A DNA stretch of 64,000 nucleotides from an uncultured Alphaproteobacteria bacterium (lineage in GTDB: Bacteria; Pseudomonadota; Alphaproteobacteria; Rhizobiales; Xanthobacteraceae): NCBI GenBank assembly GCA_963808205.1, contig CAWEER010000005.1:402835-466834 (forward strand). The letters run 5' to 3'. Both the position numbers and the translations under genes were made by a program. The notes beneath the pieces were generated by a model. The model saw nothing but the letters and a program-made list of their open reading frames with translations, ran no database searches and was not told the DNA's origin. Within the stretch, counting starts at the first letter, position 1; every line of letters starts with the position of its first letter. Of this stretch, positions 61,905 to 64,000 are shown piece by piece.

Positions 61905-62290
61905 GTCCGTCCCCTGATGACGCCGAAATTCGCTGAACAGATTTCCCTTGAGGGATTTTCGCGCTGTTCGAGGGGATTATTGATGCGCCGCCGGTATTGA
62001 ATTGGTGAAGTTATGCCGGGTTCTCGGCCTATGCTGAAGATTGGTTGAAGCGGTATTCTTTACGGCCCGTGTATCGGTTTATTTGAATCCAACAGATAGC
62101 CTTTACGAAGTTTGAGTCTTTGCGGGACCGAAAACGCGAGGCGTTCAGATAAGCGCATGGAACGCGCGAATCCGCATCCTGCGCGTCAAAGGGCGGCAAG
62201 CGCCAGCAGGCAACCGCACCAGTATGAGTGGGGTAGTAGAGTGTTAAGGACGCGCCGCGCATTCCGGCGCGCGCTTGCCGTAAACGGACC

Positions 62291-62317
62291 GAGCCGCGAG
62301 CCGCGAGCCGCGAGCCG
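62291..62317. repeat. Heptamer tandem repeat (GAGCCGC) x3.9 in a non-coding spacer
   Basis: gagccgc gagccgc gagccgc gagccg, read directly from the sequence. Confidence 0.85.
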
Positions 62318-62383
62318 ATTACGTTCGAACGGCAACGATTGATAAAGCACATTTCGCGGGCTTCGCGCATTGCCGCGATGCGA

Positions 62384-63586
62384 TCAGACCGTCAGGAATC
62401 CGCGCGGGAAGGCATGAAGCGGCTCGATCCCGGTTTTGGTGATCAGCACCAGTTCACCGGTCTGCACGCCGGCCTCGCCATTGGGCGTAACCACATTTGG
62501 CTGGATGACGACGGTCATTCCCGCGCGAAAGGGCTCCTCGGGTACCGAAACGCCCGGTCGGCTCCGGCAACCCAGGACCGGCGGCAGATAGCCGCCGCCG
62601 TATCCGTGCAACAAATCGTCGATGATGGTGAAGCCGGCCTCTTCGATGACGCCGGCCGCATCGACGACTTGCTGCGGCAGGGCGCCGTCTTTGAGAACAG
62701 CGGCAATCGCGGCGAAAGCGGCATCGGCGGCCGCATGCAGGTCGCGAAAAAGTTTTGGCGGATCCTCCTCGACCGCAAAGCTGCGCAGCACCTGGCCGGG
62801 ATGGTCCCAGAACGCCGCACTGATCTCGGCGACCACAATGTCGCCGCGCGCAACCCTGCGGTTTGCGGAAAACTGCGCCGGCACACCCTGGCGCGGCGCG
62901 GTCATCGGCGTGACGCCGAAATAATGGATTGCATTGGTGCCGCCGAGCGCGATGTAGGGCCGCTCGACAAGATCGGCGAGTTCTCGCTCTGTTAGGCCAC
63001 GCCGCAAGCCGTCGCGCAGGCCGGCCATGCCGCGATCGGTCAGGGCTGTGCCGATGCGCATCCAGTCGAGTTCTTCCTGCGATTTGATCTGGCGGAGCCG
63101 GACATAGGGACGATTGAGATTGGCAATCGTGCCGAAGCGCGCCGCGAGCATCCCGTGCTGCTCAAAAGTCATGGGTCCGATGACGCCAACGCCGCCATCG
63201 CGCGCCCCGCGTTCCTCCAGCGCACAAATGGCGGCGGCCACAGAAGAACCGCCGCCCCACGCGACTTCGGCCGGGTCCGCGAGACGGCGCGCCAGCGGCA
63301 CGTGATTGACGTGCTGAACGAACAACGCGTCAGGCTTGCCCGGCGAGAAGACACCGACAGCTTCGGCGGTTACTGGCCAGCCTGTCAGCCATTGCACCGC
63401 GGAGCCGAAGCGGTTGGCGCCGCAAAAGACCAGATGATTGAGCCCCGCATCACCGAGCATTTGCCCGATCGCGTCGCGCCGCCGCCGCATCTCGGCGTCG
63501 CTGAAGCGCGGATATTCGGCTTCATGGATTGCCCGCAATGACGGTGGCAGGTCGAAGCCGTCGCGTGCGCTCGTAAGGCCATTCAT
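62384..63586 (-). CDS. M24-family metallopeptidase (creatinase / Xaa-Pro peptidase-like)
   Basis: 400 aa. Creatinase-type N-domain plus a pita-bread C-domain (...RGDIVVAEI...HGYGGG...GMTVVIQPN...GELVLIT). Confidence 0.82.
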   Translation of the reverse strand: MNGLTSARDGFDLPPSLRAIHEAEYPRFSDAEMRRRRDAIGQMLGDAGLNHLVFCGANRFGSAVQWLTGWPVTAEAVGVFSPGKPDALFVQHVNHVPLARRLADPAEVAWGGGSSVAAAICALEERGARDGGVGVIGPMTFEQHGMLAARFGTIANLNRPYVRLRQIKSQEELDWMRIGTALTDRGMAGLRDGLRRGLTERELADLVERPYIALGGTNAIHYFGVTPMTAPRQGVPAQFSANRRVARGDIVVAEISAAFWDHPGQVLRSFAVEEDPPKLFRDLHAAADAAFAAIAAVLKDGALPQQVVDAAGVIEEAGFTIIDDLLHGYGGGYLPPVLGCRSRPGVSVPEEPFRAGMTVVIQPNVVTPNGEAGVQTGELVLITKTGIEPLHAFPRGFLTV

Positions 63587-63657
63587 GGATGCACATTAAG
63601 GGGATGGGCTTCGCAAATCCATTTTGATAAGCCACGGGGCCCAGGAGCATTCCAACC

Positions 63658-64000
63658 ATGCCGACATCCCTTATCGATTCCGCTGTATTCCGCGACATCT
63701 TCTCGACCGAAGCGATGCGGCGGGTGTTTTCCGACGAAAACCGCGTCCAGAAATATCTCGATTTCGAGGCCGCGCTGGCGCGGGCGCAGGCGCGTCTCGG
63801 CATCATCCCGAAGGAGGCCGGAGAAGAGATCGTGCGGCATTGCAACGCCGCCGAGATCGACATGGCCAAGCTCAAAGTGCAAACCGAGAAGATCGGTTAT
63901 CCGGTGCTTCCGGTGGTGCAACAGCTCGTCGCGCTGTGCCGCGACGGCCTTGGGGAATGGTGCCATTGGGGCGCGACCACGCAGGACATCACCGACACGG
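63658..64000 (+). CDS. Fumarate-lyase superfamily protein (adenylosuccinate lyase / 3-carboxy-cis,cis-muconate cycloisomerase-like), 5' part; runs off the right edge
   Basis: ATG 63658 sits behind AGGAG. MPTSLIDSAVFRDIFSTEAMRRVFSDENRVQKYLDFEAALARAQ...WGATTQDITDT. There is no stop in the window, so it is absent from the ORF track. Confidence 0.8.
   Translation, partial: MPTSLIDSAVFRDIFSTEAMRRVFSDENRVQKYLDFEAALARAQARLGIIPKEAGEEIVRHCNAAEIDMAKLKVQTEKIGYPVLPVVQQLVALCRDGLGEWCHWGATTQDITDT

Noticed and set aside
62029-62370. 113-aa minus-strand ORF in the cpaB upstream spacer, considered as a possible pilin or regulator.
   Set aside because: It has no RBS and a Cys/Arg-rich, non-hydrophobic sequence. 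It lacks the Flp-type G/xxxEY motif and hydrophobic helix. I also scanned both strands of 61905-62383 for an EYG-encoding stretch and found none.

Overview
High-GC alphaproteobacterial chromosome segment. Hand counts of typical coding stretches give about 65 G+C per 100 nt. Gene order and the palindromic REP-type repeats look like Bradyrhizobiaceae/Nitrobacteraceae; this lineage call is inference only. I can support about 67 protein genes, one tRNA-Ala(CGC) and several intergenic palindromic repeats.

Most of the window is housekeeping:
- yciB (partial), ftsY, an RluA-family pseudouridine synthase, mtaB, dapF
- ffh-rpsP-rimM-trmD-rplS
- leuC, leuD and leuB, which are dispersed rather than adjacent
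- an ABC-2 exporter pair, asd, sdhCDAB, argG
- a DctA-like symporter, rlmN, phoD, typA, folD, yggT, pobA
- assorted transporters and oxidoreductases

I saw no rRNA, CRISPR array, IS/transposase, integrase or phage genes.

Two parts look accessory:
- a short low-GC islet carrying an FkbM-type methyltransferase (15.8-16.5 kb)
- a Tad/Cpa (Flp-type) pilus assembly locus (53.4-61.9 kb) that lacks pilin, prepilin peptidase and pseudopilin genes

The most concrete anomaly is four genes that each appear broken by a single-nucleotide (+1) frame disruption: a CitE-like lyase, a TAXI-family binding protein, cpaE, and probably the FkbM methyltransferase. Each reconstructed span is 3n+1 nt long. This could be sequencing indels or real gene decay, and I cannot tell which from the sequence alone.

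I did not find a convincing novel multi-gene system. The candidates below are flagged with modest interest scores.
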